A stretch of 64,000 bases of DNA from Candidatus Poribacteria bacterium. Its GTDB lineage: Bacteria; Poribacteria; WGA-4E; WGA-3G. Position 1 is the stretch's first letter. Each line of letters opens with the position of its first letter. Both the position numbers and the translations under genes were made by a program. The DNA is taken from the NCBI GenBank assembly GCA_965204285.1, contig OZ241980.1:1733811-1797810 (forward strand), given 5' to 3'. The notes beneath the pieces are model-generated. The model made no database searches. It saw only the letters and a program-made list of their open reading frames with translations, and was not told where the DNA came from. Positions 18,612-28,925 of the stretch are shown one piece after another.

Positions 18612-18875
18612 GTGGGAATCATGGGATGGTTAGACAGTATTCAGATCGGACACGACTTGCAGATCTGTCCAGATTGTAATCGTGAATATGAAGTACTTGA
18701 ACAGTTTTTAGGAGAAACCCAAGATAGACTTACAGATTGGATTGATGCTATTTTTAACGATGCGTATTATATCGAACTTCGGTGTCCACAATGTCTTGAA
18801 ACACGCTACCTGTGCATACAGGCGTTGACATCCATGCAATTTTATACTGAAAAGGAGAAAGAAAACAAAAAATGA
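18612..18875 (+). CDS. small zinc-ribbon protein (CxxC...CxxC), hypothetical
   Basis: 87 aa with CPDC and CPQC motifs. It is translationally coupled to the downstream gene. Confidence 0.4.
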   Translation: MGIMGWLDSIQIGHDLQICPDCNREYEVLEQFLGETQDRLTDWIDAIFNDAYYIELRCPQCLETRYLCIQALTSMQFYTEKEKENKK

Positions 18876-19663
18876 AGATAGGCGTTACCCAAATAATTCT
18901 CGGTAATATGTCATTTGATGACACACTTACACTCTGCCAAGATGCTGGCTACGATGCGGTTGAACTTACTTTTGGTGAAGGCAAGGATACAGACATAAAT
19001 ATGAACGATACCGAACTTAAAGGCATTGCTGCGAAGTGTGAAGCCGCTGGTATTGAGATCGCCAGCATAACCGCAGGATACGCGAATCGTGGCAACCTAC
19101 TCAGTCCTGATGCGGAGCAACGTAAGAACGGCGCGAAGTCGCTTGCGCGTGGGTTAGAAGTTGCAGGAGCACTTGGGGTTGGTGGTATTTTACTTCACCC
19201 CGGTCAACTCTCCGTTGAAGGCACTTACCAGCAAGTGTGGGATAATCTCGTCGGAATTCTGAAAGACCTTGCGCCTTCAGCTGAAACGCACAAAGTTGCC
19301 ATCGGTTTGGAAAACGTATGGAACAAATTCCTGCTCAGTCCGAAGGAGATGCGCGAGATTGTGGACGAAGTTGGCAGTGATTGGGTCGGAACTTATCTTG
19401 ATACAGCAAACATGATGGCGTATGGTTATCCTGAACATTGGATTCGTGAACTTGGGCATCGTATTAAGAATGTGCATTTCAAGGATTTCTCGCGTGGTCA
19501 ACATCGCTTTACGAACTTGTTGGATGGTGACACAGATTGGGCAGCGGTTATGGAAGCGTTCCGCGCTGTTGATTATGATGGTTACGTGGTTCACGAAGTT
19601 GGCGGGGATAGGGAAACACAAATTGATCTTGCACAACGGATGCGTAAGATTGTTGCGATGTAG
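18872..19663 (+). CDS. sugar phosphate isomerase/epimerase (xylose isomerase-like TIM barrel)
   Basis: 263 aa with the characteristic GLENVWN... pattern of the AP-endonuclease-2/xylose-isomerase-like fold. Confidence 0.65.
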   Translation: MKIGVTQIILGNMSFDDTLTLCQDAGYDAVELTFGEGKDTDINMNDTELKGIAAKCEAAGIEIASITAGYANRGNLLSPDAEQRKNGAKSLARGLEVAGALGVGGILLHPGQLSVEGTYQQVWDNLVGILKDLAPSAETHKVAIGLENVWNKFLLSPKEMREIVDEVGSDWVGTYLDTANMMAYGYPEHWIRELGHRIKNVHFKDFSRGQHRFTNLLDGDTDWAAVMEAFRAVDYDGYVVHEVGGDRETQIDLAQRMRKIVAM

Positions 19664-19677
19664 GCGTTAAAAGAAGT

Positions 19678-19703
19678 GGCGATGGTCTGTTCAAACCATC
19701 GCC
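19678..19703. terminator. bidirectional hairpin terminator (ggcgatgg-N10-ccatcgcc)
   Basis: 8-bp stem. On the minus strand it is followed by CTTCTTTTAA, three nt after the tRNA-Leu 3' end. It also lies downstream of the plus-strand isomerase gene. Confidence 0.5.
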
Positions 19704-19706
19704 TGA

Positions 19707-19791
19707 TGCCGGAGGTCGGACTCGAACCGACATGGACCTAGGGCCCGCTGGATTTTGAATCCAGTGCGTCTACCAGTTTCACCACTCCGGC
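19707..19791 (-). tRNA. tRNA-Leu (anticodon CAA)
   Basis: Cloverleaf with anticodon loop uuCAAaa, a long variable arm and T-loop GGTTCGAGTCC. Confidence 0.8.
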
Positions 19792-19888
19792 GGAAAGAAA
19801 TCGGGGTTGGAAACCCCTCCTGCAAGAGTTTGTTTAAATACGCTCTTTTCTTAAATATAACACATTTGGGGAGAAAAGTCAAAAAATT

Positions 19889-20740
19889 ATGGCGAACCAA
19901 CGAAGAGGTCTTGCATCTGAAAGTATTTTTAAACAGGCTTTTACTGCCGTGCAAGCGTTTTTGTCACTATTGATTGAAAAGGAGACGTGGCAAGCTTTGA
20001 CGCGTTGGGTATTGTGGCGCGTTTTGCCGAAACGTCGTCGTATCCTTAAATTAGTGCAAGAACTAAAACCGTTAGATGAAAATGCTGCCCCCGAAATGCA
20101 TGCCTTGCGTGATGAAGTGTTTTCAAAAAGTTGCCTTGATCTGCGCCAACCACAAGACGAACAAATTCTATTGGAAATCCTCAACCATGTAGAACAACCG
20201 CTCGGATTAGAGCAGATATTTTTTGCTGCAATCTATCCTGTTTTAGTAAAACGGGATTTGGAGGCAATCCCGATTCCAACTGAGACACCCCATCGGCTTG
20301 AAGTGGAAATCGGTTATCTTGCACACAACGAGGATTATTTTTTCTGGGTTTTTGAAATTGACAGCAACAGACGCATGTCACTTAAAACGTCCCTTGAGGT
20401 TAGAGAAGCACGGCGGGATGACAAACGTTATGTAATCTATACACTCGGTTGTACAGGATTAGTAGAAACAGACTTTGCTGCGTATGCGGAACAGTGGCTT
20501 CTTAATACCCAACGTTTAACAATCGCGTTGCCACTTCTGGCTACGGCGTATGCGGAACAGTGGATCCTTAATACACGGATATACTTTGTGCACATTTTAA
20601 AAGATTTGAAAAAGCGGAATTATAAAGTTACAGCAGAGGCAATACCTGATTTTGAACGGGCGCGGTTGTCAATATTACGCCATCTTTCCCTGCTCCGGCT
20701 AAATAGACGTCAATTTCAGTCCGAACGCCGAAATCGGTGA
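19889..20740 (+). CDS. hypothetical protein
   Basis: 283 aa ORF with no recognisable motif. Its 3' end overlaps the convergent peptidase gene by 113 bp, so the call is uncertain. Confidence 0.35.
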   Translation: MANQRRGLASESIFKQAFTAVQAFLSLLIEKETWQALTRWVLWRVLPKRRRILKLVQELKPLDENAAPEMHALRDEVFSKSCLDLRQPQDEQILLEILNHVEQPLGLEQIFFAAIYPVLVKRDLEAIPIPTETPHRLEVEIGYLAHNEDYFFWVFEIDSNRRMSLKTSLEVREARRDDKRYVIYTLGCTGLVETDFAAYAEQWLLNTQRLTIALPLLATAYAEQWILNTRIYFVHILKDLKKRNYKVTAEAIPDFERARLSILRHLSLLRLNRRQFQSERRNR

Positions 20741-21809
20741 GATATATACCAGGTTCTATTGAGAAACAGACACCGGGGATTAGTAACCGTGCGTCATGTG
20801 TTTCCAGATTGTCTAAATTCACACCGTTGCCGTGTATAACAGTACCGATGTTGTGTCCAGTACGGTGGATAAAGTATTCTCCATATCCCTTTTCAGTTAT
20901 GTATCCACGGACGCAATCGTCAACTGCGTAGCCTGGAATCGGTTCGTTTGCTGCCCATTTTTCACGGATGAATGCCACAGCCCTGTCCCGCGCTTCCCTC
21001 ACGATTTCAAATATCTCAACATACTTGTCAGGAACAGTTGCTCCTGCATAAGCAACCCACGTTGTATCAGCAAAGACAGCATCGGAGTCTTTCTGCTTTG
21101 CCCATAAATCAATTAAGATAAAGTCTTCCGCTTTGATCTGTTGTGCGTGGGGCTCGGTAGGAGCGTAATGTGGATCGCCACTATTCGCATTGACAGCAAC
21201 GATAGGTGGATGGTCGGTTATCAATTCCATTTCATCAAACTGGTTGAGAATCTGTTGCTGAACATCGTATTCAGTGATTGTGTTGCCAGACTTAAGTTGC
21301 TCACCAATCCAAGCGAAGGCATAGTCTTTAGCTTGCAGGACTAAGTTTGCGGATTTTTGATGTCCTTCGTACTGTGCTTCGCTTAGACGCGCTTCAACGT
21401 GTTGCGCGAGTTCCGCTGACGAATGCACCTCAATTCCAAAAGAACGAATCCACTCCAACGTCCCAGCGTCTACACGTGAAATGTAAGGGATTGATGCGTT
21501 AGGCGAATATTCCATTGCAACTGATTCTACATCGCTAAGGAGGGTTCTCACCTCTTCATTAAGTTCCTGCCACCCAGCATAAAGCGAAACGGATCCAGAT
21601 ACATCGGTGAAATTTGATGTTTCTATCCGATGAATTAACCATTTTGGTTCGCCTTCCACGGGAATTAAGCAGTACCAACGACGCGTGATGTGTGCATCAG
21701 TCAAACCTGCTACCTTTTGTGAAATTGGGTTGATGCCGCGAAAATCATAAAGAAGCCAAGCATCAAGGTTTAACGTGGCTAAGGCGGTTTGTATTTCAGA
21801 TATTTTCAT
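20628..21809 (-). CDS. M24 family Xaa-Pro aminopeptidase/dipeptidase
   Basis: HRTGHNIG and the Glu/His metal-ligand pattern of the creatinase/prolidase fold. Confidence 0.75.
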   Translation of the reverse strand: MKISEIQTALATLNLDAWLLYDFRGINPISQKVAGLTDAHITRRWYCLIPVEGEPKWLIHRIETSNFTDVSGSVSLYAGWQELNEEVRTLLSDVESVAMEYSPNASIPYISRVDAGTLEWIRSFGIEVHSSAELAQHVEARLSEAQYEGHQKSANLVLQAKDYAFAWIGEQLKSGNTITEYDVQQQILNQFDEMELITDHPPIVAVNANSGDPHYAPTEPHAQQIKAEDFILIDLWAKQKDSDAVFADTTWVAYAGATVPDKYVEIFEIVREARDRAVAFIREKWAANEPIPGYAVDDCVRGYITEKGYGEYFIHRTGHNIGTVIHGNGVNLDNLETHDARLLIPGVCFSIEPGIYLTDFGVRTEIDVYLAGAGKDGVILTTAPVQNQVLPLL

Positions 21810-21986
21810 ATTTGTTAGAAATGTTCATGCTTGTGAAATTTACAGATTGAAACAGAAGATACTATTGAGATCATAGTAGCAGAAAAAGAGGATGCTGTCA
21901 AATGGGATTTAAATCTCTCCTTAAAATTATTTTTCGGAGTGAATCTATTCGTCGAAATTGAATAATACTGTATACCTTCAAAAACA

Positions 21987-22015
21987 TTGACACTTAGGTG
22001 AATCCGTTGTATACT
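21987..22015 (+). promoter_or_regulatory. sigma-70-like promoter (TTGACA-17-TATACT)
   Basis: Near-consensus -35 and -10 elements 30 bp upstream of the ORF at 22045. Confidence 0.4.
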
Positions 22016-22044
22016 AAAACTTAAAATAAAATGGAGAAATTGAA

Positions 22045-22341
22045 ATGAATTTTGACTTTGACGGTACGGTGTTTCCTGTTGGCATCGCTGGACTCAGTTT
22101 TTTGGCTGTAATTGCGTTTTGGGTTTTGACAGCTATAGTGCACATTACTTTTGCGGTTGCCGTATACCGAGATGCAAATCGTTTAGGGAGTCCGGTTTTT
22201 GTGGGAGCTGGAATATGGTTGATAGCCACACTGATCGGTGGTGTGTTTGTGGCGGCAATCTATTGGGCAATACATCGATCAGGTCTAAATCCATCTAATC
22301 GTGGCATATCCACAGAAGCGGACAAGGACGAAATTTTGTAA
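22045..22341 (+). CDS. small integral membrane protein, hypothetical
   Basis: 98 aa with two or three hydrophobic helices. Confidence 0.45.
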   Translation: MNFDFDGTVFPVGIAGLSFLAVIAFWVLTAIVHITFAVAVYRDANRLGSPVFVGAGIWLIATLIGGVFVAAIYWAIHRSGLNPSNRGISTEADKDEIL

Positions 22342-22436
22342 ATTACTATATTTTTGAATACCTACAAGGTATATAAAGATAAACCCGTAACAATAGCATG
22401 TTACGAGTTTATTTTTTGCAAGATTGTTTCAACAAC

Positions 22437-23306
22437 TTATTTTAATACAGCCTTTAAATTTCCCCACGTTGTCGTCAATTTCCCTTCGGGTTCAACGGTG
22501 AGAAATACAGAATTTTCAGCGAGGTAATTCAGCACATTTTCCGTGAGTTTTCTGAGATTGTCCGCTTCCTCGGATTTTGTATCGGTGTAAACACCGTTAT
22601 GATGTCCAAGTGTGATGATTTTCCCATCTTCTACATCGTATTCAACAAAGGGGCGTTCTCCACCGCCAGCACCGCCGCCGCGTGTCTTCGTACCAAGAAT
22701 CTTACCTGCGGGAGGAGTTCCACCAAAGTTATGGAAATCTGAACTGAATCCTGCCTGTGCCATGCTGGTAAGAAAAATAGGTTCGTTGGTATTAAACCTC
22801 TTAAATACAGAATGGTTTTTGGCATCATCTGTCGGTTTTATGCCGATTTCAGGCGGGCCTTTGCCAAGAGGGGAAAGGTTCCGGGGAACACCACCTTCTT
22901 CAACACCAAGGTCTGCTACATAACGAAGACCAAGTGCTGAAAGAAATATACCGCCACCTGCTTCTATATAGTCAAGAATTGCCTTTTTGGTTGCGTCTGC
23001 AAGCAACGGCTCAGGCAAAGCGTTTGTTTCTGTATAGAAAAGCCACAACACCGCGAATTGGTCTAATTTTATTGCCGTGCCGCTACTGTTTTTGAAAGTG
23101 CCATTGTTGTCCGCTGTGAGTATTGTTGCTTGAAAATTGTCGTCTGCCCATTGGTAAGCAGCTTCCTCAACTTCTCCAAGTTCGTTACTTCCTGCCAATA
23201 ACCCAACGGTGACATCTACCGAGTGCGCTGGCAAAATCATAACTACTGAAAAGAGCAGGACTATGAACAAGCAACGAAATGTTATTGAATGTGTCATTGT
23301 ATCCAT
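22437..23306 (-). CDS. secreted hypothetical protein (possible class-I GATase-like/ThuA-like fold)
   Basis: Signal peptide, a ...VLWLFYTE...LDYIEAGGGIFLS segment and a Gly-rich loop. Homology is weak. Confidence 0.4.
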   Translation of the reverse strand: MDTMTHSITFRCLFIVLLFSVVMILPAHSVDVTVGLLAGSNELGEVEEAAYQWADDNFQATILTADNNGTFKNSSGTAIKLDQFAVLWLFYTETNALPEPLLADATKKAILDYIEAGGGIFLSALGLRYVADLGVEEGGVPRNLSPLGKGPPEIGIKPTDDAKNHSVFKRFNTNEPIFLTSMAQAGFSSDFHNFGGTPPAGKILGTKTRGGGAGGGERPFVEYDVEDGKIITLGHHNGVYTDTKSEEADNLRKLTENVLNYLAENSVFLTVEPEGKLTTTWGNLKAVLK

Positions 23307-23411
23307 CTCCTTTATCTGTTTTGCTATATAATAGCATAAATAGTTGGTGTTTGTCTATGTGAATATTAAATAAGTAATTTAACGTTTTTTTTGACAAAAA
23401 ATGTGATATAT

Positions 23412-24550
23412 ACGACTTGTGCCAGTTAGTTCTTTTTATGTAATATTGTATTTCACTATTTAATATTTTCTATAACTCAACCCATTCTTATGCTATCCTT
23501 TAGTAAATCAATATAAAAGGAACATAAGAATGGACTTACAGTATACCTTAGCAGAATATGGTGCGCAACTGAAAAATAAGACACGCACCCTTGAAAATGT
23601 TGCTTCTGTTTGCCAGAAAATCATGGCAACACTTTATGACCATTATTTCCCGGCTGCAGAGACACTGCGTCCGGGGCCCGTTAGTCCTTGTCCAGATAGT
23701 GACATTCTTACGATTGCGTGGCTGTTGGAACTCATAGGTAAAGACAGCGAACTGTCAGGATACAAACTGATTAGGGCACAACTCGGACATCTGTTCCGAT
23801 TTTTACCGGAAAGGTCTCGCTTCAATAGACGCCGGCGCAACTTATGCAGCGCGAGCGAAAAACTGCGGTGTATCTTGATAAAGTTTTTACCGGATGACGA
23901 GGTTTTCATTGTAGATAGTTTTCCTATACCGCTCTGCGATTTCAAGCGTGCGTATGCTTCTACATCACCTCTAAAATACGCTGATGGCACTGGCACTTTG
24001 GCAACTTATGGAAAGTGTGCTACAAAGGGACTTGACACTTTCTTAGGATTTCGGGGAAGTGTGATAACTACTGCTTATGGGCTCCCTGTTGATTTTGCCA
24101 TTGCCACTGCGGATACGGATGATAGAGAAGTGCTACCCTTGTTGTGTGAGCGTGGCACTTATCCGATTATCCTTGGAGACAAAGGGTATATTTGTGAAGC
24201 ACTTGAAACTGATTTACGCCAAACTTACAATGTGTGTCTATTACCGACGCGGCGTAAAAATCAAAAAACACAATATCCAGAACCATTTCAGAAGTTGCAT
24301 AGTCAAAAAAGGCGGCGCATAGAAACGACTATCAGTCAACTGACAGACCAGTTCAATGTTTCACGGATACGCGCCAAGGCACATTGGGGGTTTCGGACAC
24401 GCTTGAGCAACAAGTTTGCTGGTTTTACACTCGGCGTTTTTTTGAACCAATGTTTAGGACGCTCGCTAACGGCACTCAAAGACGTTGTTTACGCATAATA
24501 AGACAAAATAGTATTAGATACTTTACAAAAAGTTAACTGGCACAAGTCGT
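23412..24550. mobile_element. IS982-family insertion sequence
   Basis: 17-bp perfect terminal inverted repeats ACGACTTGTGCCAGTTA at 23412-23428 and 24534-24550 flank a single transposase ORF. Confidence 0.8.
23530..24498 (+). CDS. IS982-family DDE transposase
   Basis: IVDSFPIPLC, LGFRGSV, DFAIATADTDDREV and ILGDKGY motifs, typical of IS982 transposases. Confidence 0.8.
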   Translation: MDLQYTLAEYGAQLKNKTRTLENVASVCQKIMATLYDHYFPAAETLRPGPVSPCPDSDILTIAWLLELIGKDSELSGYKLIRAQLGHLFRFLPERSRFNRRRRNLCSASEKLRCILIKFLPDDEVFIVDSFPIPLCDFKRAYASTSPLKYADGTGTLATYGKCATKGLDTFLGFRGSVITTAYGLPVDFAIATADTDDREVLPLLCERGTYPIILGDKGYICEALETDLRQTYNVCLLPTRRKNQKTQYPEPFQKLHSQKRRRIETTISQLTDQFNVSRIRAKAHWGFRTRLSNKFAGFTLGVFLNQCLGRSLTALKDVVYA

Positions 24551-25475
24551 TAACTTTGTCTTGTGCAACAGTTTGCACGTCAATATTGCCCATCTCTGTA
24601 TCAATTGTTAAACGCCCACCTGATTTGACATCAAAAGTTTTCTCAACCCTGTTTGAATCTGATCTCCGCTGATCTGTAATACCTTTCAGCCCCTGAAAAT
24701 TGACCGAATTACTGTTGGGGTGTGCTAATATCTCTCTAAGAACATTTGAAGAAACAGCGAAAGTACTACCATTTATATTTATTTTATCGTCGCTTATATT
24801 GATACCATTACTGCTATTGTTTCCTCTCACATTAATTGTAATGTTACCGGTCCTTCCGATAGAGATAGACGTATTTTCATCATCGTAAATGAATTTATTA
24901 CGCAATTCTGACAAAAGCATAGAAACACCGATGACTTCACCTTTGCTATTGAGTAAGGGACCGCCACTATTTTTTCGAGAAATTTGATTAGAAACCCGAA
25001 TATACTTACCGTCTTTTGAGTTGCCTTTTACAGTGCCTTTTACCAACTTAGGTTTTGAAGGATCGCTGATCGTGTAAACTGTGCCGCCATGTTGCACTTT
25101 ATTGCTTATAAATAGCGGTTTGACACCGGGAATTAGAACATTTAAGAAAGCCAAATGGTCTGTTTTATTAGGCATTGATATGCTATTCACAAAATACCTT
25201 GTTCTTTTTCCAACAAATTTAACATAGATTTCTGCATCTTTTGGAATTGGAGTGAAGCCTTTGAGGTTGGAGAGGTGGGTTGCTACCTCATTTTTGGATA
25301 TAAAAAATCCGAGTCCGCGTAAAATTGTTTTCCCTTGGGGATCATCTATTTCCACAGCGACAATAGAACTCAATGCATCTTTTATAACTTTTGGGGTGTA
25401 TTGAGCAGCGGTAGTCATAACCATGCCCAATAGTAAAAACAGCAAAACTGTAATGAATAAAGAAAAATGTTTCAT
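24489..25475 (-). CDS. trypsin-like serine protease (S1-family), C-terminus replaced by IS982 sequence
   Basis: Signal peptide and a GNSGGPLLN catalytic-serine motif. The last ~20 codons (24489-24550) lie inside the IS982 right end. Confidence 0.65.
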   Translation of the reverse strand: MKHFSLFITVLLFLLLGMVMTTAAQYTPKVIKDALSSIVAVEIDDPQGKTILRGLGFFISKNEVATHLSNLKGFTPIPKDAEIYVKFVGKRTRYFVNSISMPNKTDHLAFLNVLIPGVKPLFISNKVQHGGTVYTISDPSKPKLVKGTVKGNSKDGKYIRVSNQISRKNSGGPLLNSKGEVIGVSMLLSELRNKFIYDDENTSISIGRTGNITINVRGNNSSNGINISDDKININGSTFAVSSNVLREILAHPNSNSVNFQGLKGITDQRRSDSNRVEKTFDVKSGGRLTIDTEMGNIDVQTVAQDKVNDLCQLTFCKVSNTILSYYA

Positions 25476-25476
25476 T

Positions 25477-27729
25477 TCAAACTCCTTTTAAAAAGATTTT
25501 CCGCCACTGCAAACGCAAACTATTCAACACAACCGAAACACTACTAAACGCCATCGCAAACGCGGCAAGCATCGGATGCAACTTTTGTAACATCTCAGGC
25601 ACAAACGCAAGCGGAAACAAAACACCTGCAGCAATCGGAATTAACAACACATTATAAAAAAATGCCCAAAAGAGATTCTGTTTAATCGTACGGAATGTGG
25701 CACGGCTTAACCGTATAGCATCGGGAATAGTGCGTAGGTCACCGTGCATCAACGTCAAATCGGCTGTTTCCATAGCAATATCTGTCCCTGTGCCGAGTGC
25801 CATGCCGACATCTGCTTGCGCTAACGCAGGTGCATCGTTGATGCCATCCCCCACCATCGCCACGAAACCGTTCGTGTTTTCCTGTGCTTTTTTGACAGCA
25901 GCAGCTTTGTCTTCAGGGAGAAGTTCCGCCATCACATCGGTAATCCCTACATTTTTGGCAATAGCAGTGGCAGTTCCACGGTTATCACCCGTCATCATTG
26001 CCACTTCACACCCGAGTTGTCGGAGTTCGGCAACAGCAGCTTTCGCTTCTGACTTCACCGTATCCGCAACAGCAAGAAGTCCGCTTACCTGCAAATCAAT
26101 TGCCACCCACAACACCGTTTTCGCATCTGCTTGTAGACGTTCCGCTTCTACTTCAAACGCCTGAGTCGAAATTTGATGTTGCTTCATCAAGGACAGATTG
26201 CCCATTATCACTTCATTCTCACCGAGTTGTGCAATGATGCCATTGCCTGCAACAGCGGTAAATTCCGTAGGTGCAGAGGTGTCAATCCCGCGTTCAGTAG
26301 CAGCAAGAACAATTGCTTTTCCGATAGGGTGTTCACTACCACGTTCCGCAGAGGCAGCGATCTGAAGTAATTTGTTTTTATCTCCATCATTCGCAATAAT
26401 ATCAGTAAGTGTCAGTTTTCCTTGTGTTAATGTGCCAGTTTTATCAAAAATAATTCGCGATAAAATGCCAACATGTTCTAACGCCTCACTATTTCGGAAA
26501 AGGATACCACGATGCGCGCCAATTCCTGTGCTAACCATAATCGCAGTCGGTGTAGCTAACCCTAACGCACATGGACACGCAATCACCAACACCGCTACCA
26601 ATCGCAGCATTGCGGGTGTGAATCCTTCTCCTACGATAAACCACCACACGAGGAAAGTTACAACGGCAATACATAACACAACAGGCACAAACACACTTGC
26701 TACAGCATCAGCAGTGCGTTGAATAGGAGCTTTACTCTGTTGTGTTGTTTGCACCAACTGCACAAGTCGGGCAAGCGAGGTTTCTGAACCGACACGTGTC
26801 GCCTCAATTGTTAGCATTCCGCTCTGATTGATTGTTGCGCTGGCAACTGTGTTTCCCACTGACTTGTCTACAGGCATGCTTTCACCAGTGAACAAACTTT
26901 CGTCAATAGCACTTGAACCTTCGCGCACGATACCATCTATAGGCATGCTTTCGCCAGGACGCACAATCAGTAGGTCACCAACGGCTACTTGTTCAATCGA
27001 GATGTGTTGTTCTTCACCATCCTTGAGAACACACGCTGTTTTTGGAGAAAGGCGCATCAGTTTTTTCAGAGCAGCACTTGTCTGTCCTTTCGCACGCGCT
27101 TCCAGAAACTTGCCCAGTTTAATAAGTGTAATGATAACAGCCGCTGTTTCAAAATAGACATGGTTTCCAAGTCCTTCAATATTTAGCGATAAGGCAATCA
27201 CCACAACCACACTATACAGAAACGCCACAGATGAACCCATTGCCACAAGCACATCCATATTGGCAGAGCGATTGCGTAATGCTTTGATGCTACCAACATA
27301 ATAGTCCCAACCCACGTAGACCTGCACTGGCAAAGCGAAAACAAACATTACCCAATTGACCCAGGGGGCGTGCGCCCATCCACCTATCAATCCCATATCT
27401 CTACCCATACTGAGTAGGAATAGAGGAAGTGTGAAAAGGATACCCACACAGAATTGCAACTTTTGTCTTCGGAGTTCAGCATCACGCGCGGCTGCTTCAG
27501 AATCCGCATCAATAACGTCGAATCCGAGGGATCGGATTTTATCAACGATTGATGCCTCGTTGAGCGTAGACGGATTAAAGGTAACCGCCGCCTGCTCCGT
27601 TGCGATGCTAACATTTGCAACAAAAATACCCGCCATCTCTTCAAGATTTTGGGTGATAGTGGCAGCACAACCTTCACAGTGCATGCCAGTGATGGGAAGA
27701 GTAATCTGCTGTTCCATTTGTATTTTCAC
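25477..27729 (-). CDS. copA: copper-translocating P-type ATPase
   Basis: N-terminal HMA domain (GMHCEGC), CPC motif ([11 protein letters not shown]), DKTGTLT and GDGINDAP. Confidence 0.85.
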   Translation of the reverse strand: MKIQMEQQITLPITGMHCEGCAATITQNLEEMAGIFVANVSIATEQAAVTFNPSTLNEASIVDKIRSLGFDVIDADSEAAARDAELRRQKLQFCVGILFTLPLFLLSMGRDMGLIGGWAHAPWVNWVMFVFALPVQVYVGWDYYVGSIKALRNRSANMDVLVAMGSSVAFLYSVVVVIALSLNIEGLGNHVYFETAAVIITLIKLGKFLEARAKGQTSAALKKLMRLSPKTACVLKDGEEQHISIEQVAVGDLLIVRPGESMPIDGIVREGSSAIDESLFTGESMPVDKSVGNTVASATINQSGMLTIEATRVGSETSLARLVQLVQTTQQSKAPIQRTADAVASVFVPVVLCIAVVTFLVWWFIVGEGFTPAMLRLVAVLVIACPCALGLATPTAIMVSTGIGAHRGILFRNSEALEHVGILSRIIFDKTGTLTQGKLTLTDIIANDGDKNKLLQIAASAERGSEHPIGKAIVLAATERGIDTSAPTEFTAVAGNGIIAQLGENEVIMGNLSLMKQHQISTQAFEVEAERLQADAKTVLWVAIDLQVSGLLAVADTVKSEAKAAVAELRQLGCEVAMMTGDNRGTATAIAKNVGITDVMAELLPEDKAAAVKKAQENTNGFVAMVGDGINDAPALAQADVGMALGTGTDIAMETADLTLMHGDLRTIPDAIRLSRATFRTIKQNLFWAFFYNVLLIPIAAGVLFPLAFVPEMLQKLHPMLAAFAMAFSSVSVVLNSLRLQWRKIFLKGV

Positions 27730-27741
27730 AAACTCTATTTG

Positions 27742-28707
27742 CTACAGATGAATTGGGTCACCAGTTACCAAAGATTGATTCGCAGCGATAGACAATATTG
27801 CAGTTTTCGCAGCATCAGGATACGGGGATCGAATTGCGCTACCATCTCCTGTGCGAACAGCCTCAATGAAAGTGCTATCCATGTCAATCGTGCAGCTATT
27901 TTCGGGATTCCATGTCTCTTTCCCTTCAGATGTAGAAAGCACAAGTGCCCGACGTAGATGGTATTCCAGGGAACCATCTTCACAGAAGATATCTAACCCG
28001 GAACGTCTTAGTCCGTTCGTTGTGAAGCACGCAGAGAACATAATGCCAAATACACCGCTCTCAAATTGCAAAGAGACAGCAGACGCTTCTTCAATATCGT
28101 AATCGGTATCGGGAATCAGATCATATCTTGCAACGGCATAGACGGTTTTGACTTCACCAAACAGGTAGCGTGCCATATCAAATTCGTGTGTCGTCTGCTC
28201 CATGAGTTGACCACCAGATTTTGCTTTCTCACGCCACCAACCGCCAGGCATGCCGCCCATCCAATACCCCATGAAAAAGCCAACACGTCTTGAGGCGAGC
28301 AGTTCTTGTGCCTTGTCAATAATATCAAGGTAACGCTCCTGATAACCACAAGCAGTAATGATACCCTTATCCTCTACTTGTGCAGCAATTTCCTTTGCTT
28401 CGTCAGCATCCATGTGGACAGGTTTTTCCACGAACATCGGCAATCCTGCAGCGACAACTGCCTTCTCAGGCGCGCCATGTGCAAACGGTGGTATTGAGAT
28501 ATAAACGGCATCCAATTCCTCTTTCGCAAGCATATCGTTGTAATCGGCGTAAGCCTTACCGCCGTACTGTTCAACAGCACGTTCTGCTTTCTCAATCACA
28601 ATATCACAGAAGGCAACGAATTTGTTGCCACCTATTTGAGTTAATTCACGTAGATGGCGATTCATGTTGCCACCTGTTCCAATGAAACCTAATCTAACGT
28701 CTGACAT
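27742..28707 (-). CDS. Gfo/Idh/MocA family oxidoreductase
   Basis: N-terminal Rossmann motif GFIGTGG..NRH, with EKP in the central region. Confidence 0.75.
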   Translation of the reverse strand: MSDVRLGFIGTGGNMNRHLRELTQIGGNKFVAFCDIVIEKAERAVEQYGGKAYADYNDMLAKEELDAVYISIPPFAHGAPEKAVVAAGLPMFVEKPVHMDADEAKEIAAQVEDKGIITACGYQERYLDIIDKAQELLASRRVGFFMGYWMGGMPGGWWREKAKSGGQLMEQTTHEFDMARYLFGEVKTVYAVARYDLIPDTDYDIEEASAVSLQFESGVFGIMFSACFTTNGLRRSGLDIFCEDGSLEYHLRRALVLSTSEGKETWNPENSCTIDMDSTFIEAVRTGDGSAIRSPYPDAAKTAILSIAANQSLVTGDPIHL

Positions 28708-28925
28708 AAATTCTCCTATATGAAAAATATAAATTTATAGTGAAATCTGAAATACATAGACATTTACCGATATTGGTTTGCTGGAATCTCTTTAGTCCTG
28801 TAGGGACGATATGTTTATAGAAAATGGTCTGTTTTGCCCTTTAGCTCCGTAGGGGCGATATGTGTATAACATCGTAAACCAAGTCCATATATATCAATGA
28901 TTATAGGTTTGATTACAATATAGAA

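Noticed and set aside
19707-19791. tRNA-Leu and tRNA-Arg (45255-45328) as integration sites for a genomic island or prophage
   Set aside because: There is no integrase, no phage genes and no direct repeat of the tRNA 3' end within the flanking sequence, and the neighbouring genes are ordinary metabolic or housekeeping genes.
25697-26722. Several 100-155 aa plus-strand ORFs within 25697-26722
   Set aside because: They are antisense to the copA P-type ATPase gene, whose motifs are unambiguous.
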